Source: TPA_inf: Saccharomyces (taxonomy: Eukaryota). From it: a stretch of 64,000 bases of DNA. The stretch is from NCBI GenBank assembly GCA_000146045.2, contig BK006945.2, positions 384,001 to 448,000 on the forward strand, given 5' to 3'. The notes below the pieces were generated by a model. The model was given only the letters and a program-made list of their open reading frames with translations, did no database searches and was not told the origin of the DNA. Of this stretch, positions 1 to 10,764 are shown one piece after another (within the stretch, counting starts at the first letter, position 1; each line of letters begins with the position of its first letter). The translations under genes and the position numbers were made by a program.

Positions 1-534
1 TCTTATTTCAAAATCCACGAAAGAATTCCATGCATTAACCCCTGGCTCCAAGGAGCACCATTTGGTGTACAGTGATCGTACAATTTCAACGTTGTTTAAC
101 GACTCTTCGACAATGAGATACTTGTACCATAACTTGTCTACTCTGGGCAACGTACTAATAGCTCTGTTCATAAGATTCCTAGCATGGTTAATACATTTGA
201 CTTTCAGCTCAGCATCAATGTATCGTATCCAAAGGGGGATGAATGAACTATCTACTAATAATGCTCTTTCAAAGATAGATCTGGCGCGCCTCATGTCGTG
301 TTGTTCGATTTCGAATTGCGCATAACGAATCCATTGTCCCATATCCAGTCGGTTTCTCTTCAAATAACCCTCATATTCTGTTCTCTTCCTTCGTTGATAC
401 TCTCGAAGTTCCTCCAAGTCTAATATATCAATATTAGTCGATCCTCTTGCTTTTTGCCCCTTCTTGTACACATCCCGCAGAATCTGCTCCGCAGAAACAT
501 GCGTATCAACGGCTGTTGGCTCTAAAGTGTCCAT
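1..534 (-). CDS. CLF1: N-terminal 178 codons of a crooked-neck-like pre-mRNA splicing factor with HAT/TPR repeats. The start codon is the reverse complement of 532..534, and the CDS runs off the left edge of the window.
   Basis: Reverse translation from 534 reads MDTLEPTAVDTHVSAEQILRDVYKKGQKARGS...WIRYAQFEIEQHDMRRARSIFERAL..., which are typical HAT repeats. There is no stop in the window, which is why it is absent from the ORF track. Its position left of YLR118C fits the chrXII gene order. Confidence 0.8.
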   Translation of the reverse strand, partial: MDTLEPTAVDTHVSAEQILRDVYKKGQKARGSTNIDILDLEELREYQRRKRTEYEGYLKRNRLDMGQWIRYAQFEIEQHDMRRARSIFERALLVDSSFIPLWIRYIDAELKVKCINHARNLMNRAISTLPRVDKLWYKYLIVEESLNNVEIVRSLYTKWCSLEPGVNAWNSFVDFEIR

Positions 535-724
535 GCTGGCAATAGTAGAGTACTTTTAGCTCAAGTTTGTCTATCTATTATGAACTTGCATAATCAATGA
601 GTCTCATCACCCCAACTATTTGGCACCAAGGTTTTTAATTTTCTATCGCGTCTTACGGATGTATATAAATTATTTAACCAAGTATAATAGCGGTTAAATT
701 GAACTCGCAATATTAGGAAAAGAG

Positions 725-1408
725 CTATGATGATAAGCTCTTCTTGATAAATGAAGCCAAGTCTTCTAATTCATCTGGAACTGTAGAATGGGCCATACCT
801 TTGTATACTTTAAATTCATAATTTTGTATCTCACAGCTATCTTGATAGAACTGTTTTGCCTTTATACCTAGTCCAATAGGAACTACTGGATCCATGTCAC
901 CATGCCCATGAAAAATTGGTGTCTTTACATTAATGCCATTCTTATGTTGTTTCAGAATTCCTGGGATGGAACAAAATCCCGACAGAGCTACTATACCACC
1001 GATTTTCCATGGTAAAGTAACTGATGTTGCGAGAGCTAATGCGGCACCCTGAGAGAAACCTCCGATAATAATCTGCTCCGGTTTAATTCCTTTATCAATT
1101 TCTTGCTTAACCGTCTTTTCTATGGAATTCAAAGAATTCATAAAACCGTCACTGTCAACTTTGGAAAAACTAGGATCCCATTCCAAGATGTCAAACCAAG
1201 CAGGCATCAATGCACCGCCGTTTGCTGTCACATGAAGCTCTGGAGCATTAGGAAAAACAAAATTAGTATGCTGGAAAGCGGCAGGGTCTCTCTGTTGTAA
1301 ATACTGAGCTAAAAATCCCCATCCCGAACCTGTATCACCTAATCCATGCAAGAATATGATAGTTTGGCGTGCTGGCTGAATTTTTGCTGCAACTCTAAGT
1401 CCATTCAT
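725..1408 (-). CDS. TML25: Acyl-protein thioesterase / phospholipase-carboxylesterase family alpha/beta hydrolase (YLR118C).
   Basis: 227 aa with an ATG start. It carries the GFSQG nucleophile elbow (IIGGFSQGAALAL) and an N-terminal HGLGDTGSGW motif typical of the APT1/LYPLA family. Confidence 0.85.
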   Translation of the reverse strand: MNGLRVAAKIQPARQTIIFLHGLGDTGSGWGFLAQYLQQRDPAAFQHTNFVFPNAPELHVTANGGALMPAWFDILEWDPSFSKVDSDGFMNSLNSIEKTVKQEIDKGIKPEQIIIGGFSQGAALALATSVTLPWKIGGIVALSGFCSIPGILKQHKNGINVKTPIFHGHGDMDPVVPIGLGIKAKQFYQDSCEIQNYEFKVYKGMAHSTVPDELEDLASFIKKSLSS

Positions 1409-1533
1409 ATTCGATAGCGCTCAAATGGGCAAATATAGTGTATGTGTTCTTATTTTCGTTCTCTTTTGCTAACATTTTTATTTCATACAGAAGCCATTTT
1501 TCCCTAGAATAGGCGTTCTGAAAAGAAGGAAAT

Positions 1534-2175
1534 ATGAAAGTAAAGGCTACAAAACTAAGGATAAAACAACGAAGGAAAAATAAGGGGCTCAATATAAGCA
1601 GATTAGATATTATCAGAGCAGAAATGGATGTGGTACCATCTCCGGGTTTACCAGAAAAAGTAAACGAAAAAAGCAAAAATATTCCCTTACCTGAAGGAAT
1701 TAACCTTTTATCATCAAAGGAGATAATCGATCTAATTCAAACCCACAGACACCAATTAGAGTTATACGTCACAAAATTCAATCCCTTAACGGACTTTGCT
1801 GGAAAGATTCATGCATTCAGAGATCAATTTAAACAATTGGAAGAAAATTTTGAAGATTTACATGAGCAAAAAGATAAGGTCCAAGCCTTATTAGAAAACT
1901 GTAGGATTTTAGAATCCAAATATGTAGCTAGCTGGCAAGATTACCATTCCGAATTTTCAAAAAAATATGGTGACATAGCATTAAAAAAGAAATTAGAACA
2001 AAACACAAAGAAACTTGATGAGGAGAGTTCACAGCTAGAAACTACCACAAGGTCCATTGACTCAGCCGATGACCTGGATCAGTTCATCAAAAATTATCTG
2101 GACATACGAACACAATATCACTTGAGGAGAGAGAAACTGGCGACCTGGGATAAACAAGGTAATTTGAAATACTAG
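1534..2175 (+). CDS. SRN2: ESCRT-I subunit of the Vps37/Mod(r) family.
   Basis: 213 aa with an ATG at 1534. The protein is lysine-rich and coiled-coil, and its length and position match YLR119W. Confidence 0.8.
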   Translation: MKVKATKLRIKQRRKNKGLNISRLDIIRAEMDVVPSPGLPEKVNEKSKNIPLPEGINLLSSKEIIDLIQTHRHQLELYVTKFNPLTDFAGKIHAFRDQFKQLEENFEDLHEQKDKVQALLENCRILESKYVASWQDYHSEFSKKYGDIALKKKLEQNTKKLDEESSQLETTTRSIDSADDLDQFIKNYLDIRTQYHLRREKLATWDKQGNLKY

Positions 2176-2510
2176 TTCAGCAGCTACCGCCATTATCAAT
2201 ATGTACGTATATAGACTATACTTTATAGATTATTCTAGATGCCAAACGAATTATTAGAATATTAAAGCCTTTGATTATAGGCCATATCCCAGGTAAATAG
2301 TATACTAGGAATGAGAAAAAAAAATGTGAATAAATGGTAACCTATTCTTAGTGGGTAAGATAAACTATTGTGAAGTAAAAATGAAGACCGCCAACGTAAC
2401 AATAAAAAATTAATAATAAAAAAAAACTTTGCCCAAGCGAGAGCAACGATTTCCGCCAGAAACTCCAACTGGCTTGGAGATGTGAATGTCTAAACTTTGT
2501 GCAACGGTTT

Positions 2511-4220
2511 TCAGATGAATGCAAAAAGAAGAGAAATTAATGTGAGGGGTAAAGATGGAACTATATGATCACCAACATTTCTTTTACTTGATGTAGAAGT
2601 GGCGGATGCAGTACTGGTCGTCAGGTTACCGCTAAAGGAAGCAGTTTGTGAGGAATTTACAGTAAATATGTTACCACCGGTAACAATAGATGCACTTGTG
2701 GACCAAGTGTTTGTATAGCCTGGTGCCTTTACGGCGCTTGGAACAGAGGATGTAATAATTTCGATATTTTCGCTTGTGGTATTATAGCGAGCTTGTGCCA
2801 TGGATATTTCAAGATTCTCCAAATCATAAACCACGTACGCGTTAGTCAAAAATGAATCACCCAAAATGGTACCTGTGTCATCACTCGTTGGGATAATACC
2901 TAAAAGACATGTAGTGCCAGTACTCAAGATAAAACTCGAAAGTGGTGCATTGATGTGAAAACCACCAAAATCGAACACTATTTCCATACTATCATCAGAT
3001 GGACAGTCCAATACGTAATACCCTATCCTGGAAGAGTATTGCGCACCTAGTTCAGTAGCGATCATACTTACCACTGTTTGAGGTAAATAAGTCAAAGTAG
3101 TACCGGAATCCAACAAAGCAGGTATTTTAGTGGTAGTCAAGGTCTTGTTACTACTCCCAGAATCACTAATACCGATACCATTAATAGTGACATCAAATTG
3201 AATGGGAGAGCTAAATCCACTAGCACTCAGAGTGTTTACGATGGGGATTGTGTATAAGGTGCCGGTATATTTACTGTGGTCCACGGCTCCGAACAAAATG
3301 GTGCCATGCATAGCGTCCGAGTCGTTCAAATACAAAGAATATGTGTTGCTTTTGATAGCACCAGAATTTTTCAATACAATGGGGAAGTTGTCGTATTTAT
3401 AAGCTTTTCCACTATGAGACGCAGTAGAGCCAGAATAAGTGACTTCTAATTCGGGCAAACCAATACCTAACACACCCATAGTAGAATTCGTTTCATTGGC
3501 AACGGCAAAAGACAACCCGGTAACGTTCAAGTCGCTTAAATCCAAAACATCCGTACCAAAAGTACCGGAGGCAAAAGTCCCATCACCGTAGCTAATACTG
3601 AAATAGGTGTTGTTTGATCTAAATGTAGAAGAGCCCGAAGTGGAAAATGTCCCGTATTGTTGACAGTCCATGGTGGCTTCCGAAGCAGGCACGGATTGAG
3701 TTGCCGTACCTGAACCGCCTCCTAAGCCCGTAGCAGTGGGGCCAATGGCACTGCCCGTTCCCGTCAACCAGCCAAATGGGTTTATATCATTAATCAAAGA
3801 TCCGCCGCTTGACGAATCATCACGTTTGTCAATAACACGTCTCCGGCTACTACCCATACTGTTCGAAGAACAGTATGGATTATCCGAGCCCATAATCCAT
3901 AGATCAGAGGAGCCTGTGTCCACCAGGACCGTTACGTTCTGTGGTGGCGTGCCCACTTCCAAGTCCACCGAATAGAAACTTTGCTGGTTGGTAATTATAA
4001 TTTCTTCATAACCGTCAGCCCTCTTCAATAGGCGTACTTCCGGTTTTTTGTCGCTTCCCACATTTTCTAGCGAGTCCCCGTAAAGCTTATGAAAGGGCAA
4101 CTTGACGAACTTGGAATTCGAGTCGTCGTCGCGCTTGTTTGCTGCTGGTATTATCTTACCGAGAACCTGCGATGCAAAGAGTGACGAAAGGACCGCAGAT
4201 CTTACAGTTTTCAGTTTCAT
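2511..4220 (-). CDS. YPS1: GPI-anchored aspartyl protease (yapsin 1).
   Basis: 569 aa with a signal peptide and catalytic DTGSS (VLVDTGSSDLW) and DSGTT (LLDSGTTLTYLP) motifs. It has a Ser/Thr-rich C-terminus followed by a hydrophobic GPI signal. Confidence 0.9.
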   Translation of the reverse strand: MKLKTVRSAVLSSLFASQVLGKIIPAANKRDDDSNSKFVKLPFHKLYGDSLENVGSDKKPEVRLLKRADGYEEIIITNQQSFYSVDLEVGTPPQNVTVLVDTGSSDLWIMGSDNPYCSSNSMGSSRRRVIDKRDDSSSGGSLINDINPFGWLTGTGSAIGPTATGLGGGSGTATQSVPASEATMDCQQYGTFSTSGSSTFRSNNTYFSISYGDGTFASGTFGTDVLDLSDLNVTGLSFAVANETNSTMGVLGIGLPELEVTYSGSTASHSGKAYKYDNFPIVLKNSGAIKSNTYSLYLNDSDAMHGTILFGAVDHSKYTGTLYTIPIVNTLSASGFSSPIQFDVTINGIGISDSGSSNKTLTTTKIPALLDSGTTLTYLPQTVVSMIATELGAQYSSRIGYYVLDCPSDDSMEIVFDFGGFHINAPLSSFILSTGTTCLLGIIPTSDDTGTILGDSFLTNAYVVYDLENLEISMAQARYNTTSENIEIITSSVPSAVKAPGYTNTWSTSASIVTGGNIFTVNSSQTASFSGNLTTSTASATSTSSKRNVGDHIVPSLPLTLISLLFAFI

Positions 4221-4743
4221 ATGTGGTAGGTAATATTATACTATATGCTTGGTGTTCACCTTATCTTTTTATTACGCTATGTATTTTAATATACAGAAAA
4301 GCCAATTGCGTTCTTCTTAATAACCGTCCAATTGCGGAAATAGGAACAAATGCAAAAAGAAGGAAAAAAGTAAATCCTCTTTGACACCCTTTTCTTAAGT
4401 AGTCGGATTTCCCTGTTTCTCCATAAATAAGTCCACGAATTTTTTTATGAAACCTCAATTTTTTCGGACACATCAGTGAAACGAAAACTACTCATGGCGC
4501 AGTATAAAAGGAGCGAAAAGCCACTCAGTTGAGTGGACGAGGGAGGTGAGGTGGTGACAGAAAAGAGGAGGAAGGAGGCAGTGCTATGTGAGGGTGTCTT
4601 GGCTGCATGCAAGGTCTGACGATCTAATTGACGCGTCAGAACGTGTGTTTTAGGAATATTCTTATTTAAGTATGCTTTTCCTCTTGAAATCGCGCAAAGA
4701 AGGAAAGGAAAAAGTGTCTATATATAGTGTCTATTGTTTTTTT

Positions 4744-6270
4744 TTACGAAAAGAAAACGGAAAGGATGAGTAAGGAGGGGACTAGCAGTAAACCCAAGGT
4801 AGAGCGTATACTGGAAGCGGAGTTGGTAGCAGCCCTCTGGAGTGCCCTCTTGCTTTTATGAGTCGACTTTGCAGTAGTGGTAGAGTTTGTCTTCTTGGTG
4901 GTGGTTGACCTCGTAGTGGTGGCAGTACTGGTGCCATTGAAAGTGCGCACGGTGGTAAAAATATTACCACCGGACGTGGCGGAGGCGTAGTTAGACCAAG
5001 TGTTGTTGTAACTGGGGGCCCTTATTGCACTGGGAACGGTAGATTTGATGACTTCGACGTTCTCTTTCCCCGTGCCATACTTGGCTTGAGCTAGGGAAAT
5101 CTCGTAGTTATCCAAATCGTAGACCACGTAGGCGTTTCTCAAGAAGGAATCACCAAGGATAGCGGTGGCGTTGCCCGCTTGTGGAATTATTGCCAAGACA
5201 CAGGTCCCCACACTGGTCTGCATAGTAAAGTCGGATAGAGGAGCGTTGATACGGAAGCCACCGAAGTCGAAGGCCACGCTGGTTTTGTTGTCGCTCGAGG
5301 GACACGTGTACTCATAATAACCCAATGTCTTGGAATACGAGGCATTCAAGCTCTTTGCTAGCAAAGCCACTGCCTGGGAGGGCAGATATGTTAGCGTTGT
5401 GCCTGAATCGAGTAGGGCTGGGAGCTTGGTGGTGGTCAATGTGATGTTGCGCTTGTCGGTTTGCAGTCCTAAGCCCTGTAAAGTGACATCGAACGCCACC
5501 GGGTGCTGATAACCCTGCGACTTATAAAGATTAACCAACGGGATAGTGTACAGTTGGCCCTCGTACTTGCTGTGATCTACAGCGCCGAAGAGGATGCTGC
5601 CGGAGGACTGTGACTCGTCATTTAGGAAAAGAGAGTATGCGGTTGCATCGATGGCTCCAGAATGTTTTAGGAACAGGGGAAAGTTATCATACTCGTAGCT
5701 TCTCTTGTCCATAATAGCGACTTTTCCAGAATAGGTGACTTCAAGCGTGGAAAGGCCGATCCCGAGCACACCAAAGGTTGAGTTAGATTCGTTGGCCACG
5801 GCAAACGATAGACCACTGAGGTCTAATTCGTTGTACTTTAATTTATCTTGACCAAATGCACCTTCTGCATAGGTTCCGTCACCGTAAGCGGCATAAAAAG
5901 GCGAGGACTTGTTGGCTTTGAACGTGGACGACTTGGTCTTGTCGAACACGCCATACTGGTCACAGTCCATCACAGAACCGCAGTAGGGGTTTCCCTTGCC
6001 AGGAACCCATAAGTCAGCTGAGCCTGTGTCTAACAGCACAGTGAGGTTTTGTGAAGGTGTACCAATGGCTAGCTCAACAGAATAAAAGCTTTGCTCGTTA
6101 GCTAGTACAAATTTTTCATGGCCGTTCGATCTCTTGCTGAGTTCACCATTGTCGCCGTTCTTTTTTTTTGTGAAGGGAATCTTGACGTATTTCCCATCGG
6201 GAAGTACTCTACCGAATGCCGGACTAGTTAAGACTGCTAATGTAGCCACTGCCGCCAATTGAAGTTTCAT
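4744..6270 (-). CDS. YPS3: GPI-anchored aspartyl protease (yapsin 3), a tandem paralog of YPS1.
   Basis: 508 aa with a signal peptide and DTGSA and DSGTT motifs. It is collinear with YPS1 but lacks the ~60-aa loop insertion, and ends in a Thr/Ser-rich stalk and a hydrophobic tail. Confidence 0.9.
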   Translation of the reverse strand: MKLQLAAVATLAVLTSPAFGRVLPDGKYVKIPFTKKKNGDNGELSKRSNGHEKFVLANEQSFYSVELAIGTPSQNLTVLLDTGSADLWVPGKGNPYCGSVMDCDQYGVFDKTKSSTFKANKSSPFYAAYGDGTYAEGAFGQDKLKYNELDLSGLSFAVANESNSTFGVLGIGLSTLEVTYSGKVAIMDKRSYEYDNFPLFLKHSGAIDATAYSLFLNDESQSSGSILFGAVDHSKYEGQLYTIPLVNLYKSQGYQHPVAFDVTLQGLGLQTDKRNITLTTTKLPALLDSGTTLTYLPSQAVALLAKSLNASYSKTLGYYEYTCPSSDNKTSVAFDFGGFRINAPLSDFTMQTSVGTCVLAIIPQAGNATAILGDSFLRNAYVVYDLDNYEISLAQAKYGTGKENVEVIKSTVPSAIRAPSYNNTWSNYASATSGGNIFTTVRTFNGTSTATTTRSTTTKKTNSTTTAKSTHKSKRALQRAATNSASSIRSTLGLLLVPSLLILSVFFS

Positions 6271-6953
6271 TTTTCAATGCCGAGTAATTTTGCTCTATTT
6301 ATCCTATATAAATTCACAAACACACAAGTTAGCGGCTACAGATATTCATATATAATATATATACGTACATATATATATTATTATGGCGTCCAGCCTTCGA
6401 CCACACAAGTTTCCTTTTGAGGCTTATAGTTCTAAGTTCTTCGCTATTTTTAATTTCTTTTCCGCGAATAGTAATCCGATCGCCAATAATTTCTACTACA
6501 AAGGAAGCGCGAAAAAAATAAGAGATATTTTCGCTATTTCTTTTGCCTGTACATGGCCCGGCCCCAAATATCCGATTCTCGTTTCTGTGCCGGATTCCAC
6601 TACCACGAGACTCAGAGCCCTATAAGCCAGGAGGCCAAAAAGCAATCTCCATTACCAACAATATCGCGGTAGTGAAGATTTGTATGTATATTGAATGCCA
6701 AGACAAAATGGTGGCCAATTCTGCCATTCCGTCATAAGGGATATTGAATTTTGCTTATTTCATCACCCCACGCCATTGTTTTGTCCCGCCCGGAAAAACT
6801 CTGCCAAAAAAAGAGTACATTTCTGGCCCATCTCCGCACTAATTCCCCTTTCCTTTAAAATACGCTGCTTATAGGCGTCGAATGGAGAAAAGGTAGTGAG
6901 TGATTCCTCACCCTCCACTCAGACGTTTCTGATATACAATTGGGGAAAGGGGT

Positions 6954-7331
6954 TCACACACAGCAAGCCGGTATGTTACAATTGTATTTAGATAAGTTTT
7001 TCGTTTGAATGCGTTGAAAATTACTTGCGCTAGCTTCAGCTGATGTGCCATGTAACGCCGTTCTATCCACGCTAACTTCAATAGACTTCAATAGAAAGCA
7101 AATAGTTATATAATTTTTCATGGACGGTCCAGAGAATGCCACAAAAGTGCGGCCATAGAATGAAGACTGTATGAAAGAGCGCCATTGTCCCCACGTGTAA
7201 CTGGGGCGAAGGGCAGGAATTCTGAGAGCAAACTTTGCTTCCAGCATTATGTAAAAAATCGAAGCGCACAATCGGACGCAAACATCTGTGTAGACGTAGA
7301 GAAACATGCAGTTTTGATATAGACGATTCAT
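6954..7331 (-). other. Short dubious ORF (YLR122C-like, 125 aa from an internal ATG), probably non-coding.
   Basis: It overlaps the 7078..7407 ORF on the same strand in another frame. It has no recognisable domain and a low-complexity, Cys/Phe-rich composition. Confidence 0.2.
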
Positions 7332-7407
7332 GTTGATGACGAGCAAGGCAATTTCGAGATTTGACTACTGAAGAATTTCTGTTTAGGAGCCGCTTTTGCA
7401 TTATCAT
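7078..7407 (-). other. Short dubious ORF (YLR123C-like, 109 aa), probably non-coding.
   Basis: It overlaps the preceding ORF and has no domain signature. Confidence 0.2.
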
Positions 7408-7599
7408 TGCCCTATTACGAGCCCAGTTAATGTTGGTTCGCCTAGTCTTGGGATTGGGATATAGGGTTAGGACGAGTCGATCTTAGTGGTACAAAGGAAC
7501 CTCTCATCATCCTGAGTCCATTGTCTGCGTTTTTTCTTGAAGCTGAATATAATGTTGTAATTTGCTCGTTCTAGCAACTTCAGCGAAGCCAGTCTTCTA

Positions 7600-7944
7600 A
7601 TGACTCCGCTGTTCCCAGAAAGTGTGAGCACTTACATATATGAATACAGCACTATCTGGAGAAGTGGCGCGCTCTTAATTAAAATGATGCAGCGTGTTAT
7701 CACATCTTGCGTTACCGGGCCTTGCAAAAATTGCTATGTTTTTCTTGTGCTTGGTATTGCTTCGTGGAGATATATATTCTCATATCAGGACGGAATTTTA
7801 CAAAGTGAGAACTCTAAATGGTGTAGTAAAGAGAAGAAAAAAAAATGCTCAGCGATTTACCCTCATTACAACCACCGAGATTCACTAGGAAACGGAGCTG
7901 TCCCTCGGAATTTATTGTCAACATATCATCCAATGTTAATGTAG
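7600..7944 (+). other. Short dubious ORF (YLR124W-like, 114 aa).
   Basis: An isolated ORF with no motif, sitting in an ORF-poor interval. Confidence 0.2.
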
Positions 7945-9483
7945 AATGAGTTACCGTCTGTTACTTTTGGGACGGTTTTTGCACTAAGAACAGACGAGTT
8001 TACGGTTATCCTCAACAAGCAAGCAAGTATTTGCTAATCTAGATGCCATTCCGAATCATTACTCATACGTTACTATTGAGAGATGTTTTACAATAGATGA
8101 GAAGAATACAATGTCCAGAGCTCCTGGTATGCTAGAGTGCATATTCCAGGTCTTATTCGAATCATATCATACCGTCCATTTCAACAATGGTGAAATGTGG
8201 TCCACATATATCAGAAATCTTAACATTTAGTGAGGAGAGCCAGTAGAAAAATGTGCGCAAGCGGAAAGAAGTCATTCACAGACACGTTTAACAAAACACC
8301 ACCACAGCAGCTTTGTCTCTTGATTCTGATCAGTTTGCCATCGAAGAAGCAAAATTGTGGTGTTATTTTTTTCAAACAAAACTTTTTTGGCAACAGCAGT
8401 TTTCTTCTGGATATTTGTACTTTATCATCCAACCGATGAAAGCTGGTTTCCTGTCAACCTACATTTAAATGGCCCGTACTTCTTCAAAACCGCTAGATAA
8501 GCAAATTAACCCAACTTTTGAGCGTCCTAAATTCCCCTTGGCTCAGAAGACTCGTTAATATGGGAAGTTTAAGTCCTACCATATAATCAAATTGGAAGCT
8601 TTCTGTGTTCGAATGGCTATTCTAACCGCTGGGCTATTAATCAGAGGGGAAGTGAAATGACCGAGACGTATTATACGTCATGTTGACATCAACAATTTAA
8701 GGAAAAAAATAAAAAAAAGCAATGAAAAAGGGTTTTTTTAAGTTGAAGACCCTTTTCAAATATATGTTGCTTTGAATTGTATCTACCGTCTCGTTTCTTC
8801 TGCTTTACCGTTTTTTTTTGCCTTCTTTAGATATGTCTTTTATGCTTGAAAGGTCCGGCTTTAATGCATTCATCTAAACGTAGTATTCCTATTTTTGAAC
8901 TGCTACCAATCCACCATGACTTTACTATGAAGGACATTATTAGTGAACAGCTTCAAAAAAATAAACTTTTCAAGTCATTAAGATATATCTTGTTGCAGCG
9001 TAAGATGTTGGTGTTCAGTGCATTCTGTACAAAAATCCGTGTAATACCAAGTCATCCTCAGTTTACAAAGCTTGCTAGTTTCCTGCAGTTTGGAATGAAC
9101 CATTAAAGACGCTAATCTTCGGATAGAGATCAGCTCCTTGATACTGTATAATCCCTATCCACTTGAATTCCTGTTGCATCCCAGTTCTATAGGCATCACC
9201 TACTGCATCACCTACTTGTATAATCCTCGAGCAGGTATGCTAGCTCTGCGTCAGTCCTTGCGATACACAACTAATGGAATATCTTATGGGTCAATCAAAA
9301 CCATTCTTCTAGAACGCCGAGTTTCCAGTTTTGGGATTTAAGTAATACATTAGGTGCCTGTCACGCAATCCGTCCGCTGTATTTCTCCGCATAGAGGATT
9401 TCAGTACGAGAGAGTGAAGAGTCAAACTAACGCAACGTAGTAGTGGCTTTGGACATTGAAAAGAATAGTCTAGTCTGCCAAGC

Positions 9484-9894
9484 ATGGGAGAAATTTTAGA
9501 ACTAACTAATAAGAATTTCATGAGCCACTTGAAAAAGGACATAACTTCGCAAGAATCCTTGAAAAGTAGAATTGAGGATAAAAATGGTGATGTCGCTAGC
9601 CCGAAAGAGGATAACTATCCTCTATTGAATGAAACAGCGGCATGGCCAGATGGGGTGATTACCTCTGAAGAAGGATGTTCATCTTCAGGTGAGAAAGAGA
9701 ATTCAGGCTTATGTTCAGAAGAAAGTTCAGAAGAAGATCCAGAAGAAGCTGAAGAGGAATCTGCAAGGGCTTTTGGAGAGTTAGTTGCAGTCTTGCGGGA
9801 CAAAGACATACCACTGAATGTATTGGACGAACCTCAGATGAAAGATTGGCTTGAAAAATACACCGGTGTTTATAGAAGCTCTTGGCATGGTTGA
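9484..9894 (+). CDS. Small acidic, Ser/Glu-rich protein of unknown function (YLR125W).
   Basis: 136 aa with an ATG at 9484. It contains the acidic tract SSEESSEEDPEEAEEES and has no known domain. Confidence 0.5.
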   Translation: MGEILELTNKNFMSHLKKDITSQESLKSRIEDKNGDVASPKEDNYPLLNETAAWPDGVITSEEGCSSSGEKENSGLCSEESSEEDPEEAEEESARAFGELVAVLRDKDIPLNVLDEPQMKDWLEKYTGVYRSSWHG

Positions 9895-10764
9895 TTATGA
9901 AGAAAATTCCATAATTTTGCGAGGTGGGAGAATACTCTTGGGAAAGTGTTGAGAACAAAAACGCCACTAAAAACAGCAGGATTATTAAAAAGTAAAAAAA
10001 AAAAATTCCTTTTCAAGCAGGCAAACAATGGGTTATTTGAATGGAGAAGTATGCTACTATTTCTGCATGTTGTGGATCTAAGGCGATGTGGGCCTAGATT
10101 CTTTCCTTTTTTTGTTTTTACCTTAATTATCTTACGTTGTTCTTTCCGTCAGTTTTACACCTGACATGGGACAAGAGAACAAATTGTGAAATAAGTTCAA
10201 GCCTCTGTTGACATTTATTGATGTATCTATTTCTTTGAGGGTTAATTAAAGATAACAAATTGCTTTCTTCCGCTAATTTGAGCCTATTGAATTTACTGGG
10301 AAATGCCAACGTGGTCAGACATCAATTCAAGAAGTTTAGTTCTCAGAGAGTGTAACTTGCCTGTTTGGTCGCTGCAGTGAAACTGCCATTAGCTCTTTAG
10401 AACAACGTTCTAACTATACGAGGACCATATTACGTAAATCAACAAACCTCAAGAATTAGTGTCATATTTTCTCGCAGATATTACTACTGACATTCAGTCA
10501 GCTATATCCATTATGCATGAGCGAAAAAAAAGTGCATACAAAAAAGCTTATTTATTGGACTTAATAAACGAAACTATGTAGTGCCGAACCTTCGGATACT
10601 GATCATTGGAGTGATTTGATAAAGTTTCTGCAGAATTCTGGGAAATGAAGGAAATGACGTAGCGAGGCCTTCATGCAACACTAGTTGAAATTGAAAAAAA
10701 AAAAAACCTTATAAGCTATCTTTCCTATACGTCCTCTATCGACTATATAACCCAAGCAGCTGTT

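Noticed and set aside
62-325. An 87-aa ORF starting at TTG on the + strand.
   Set aside because: It is antisense to the CLF1 N-terminal coding region and has a non-ATG start.
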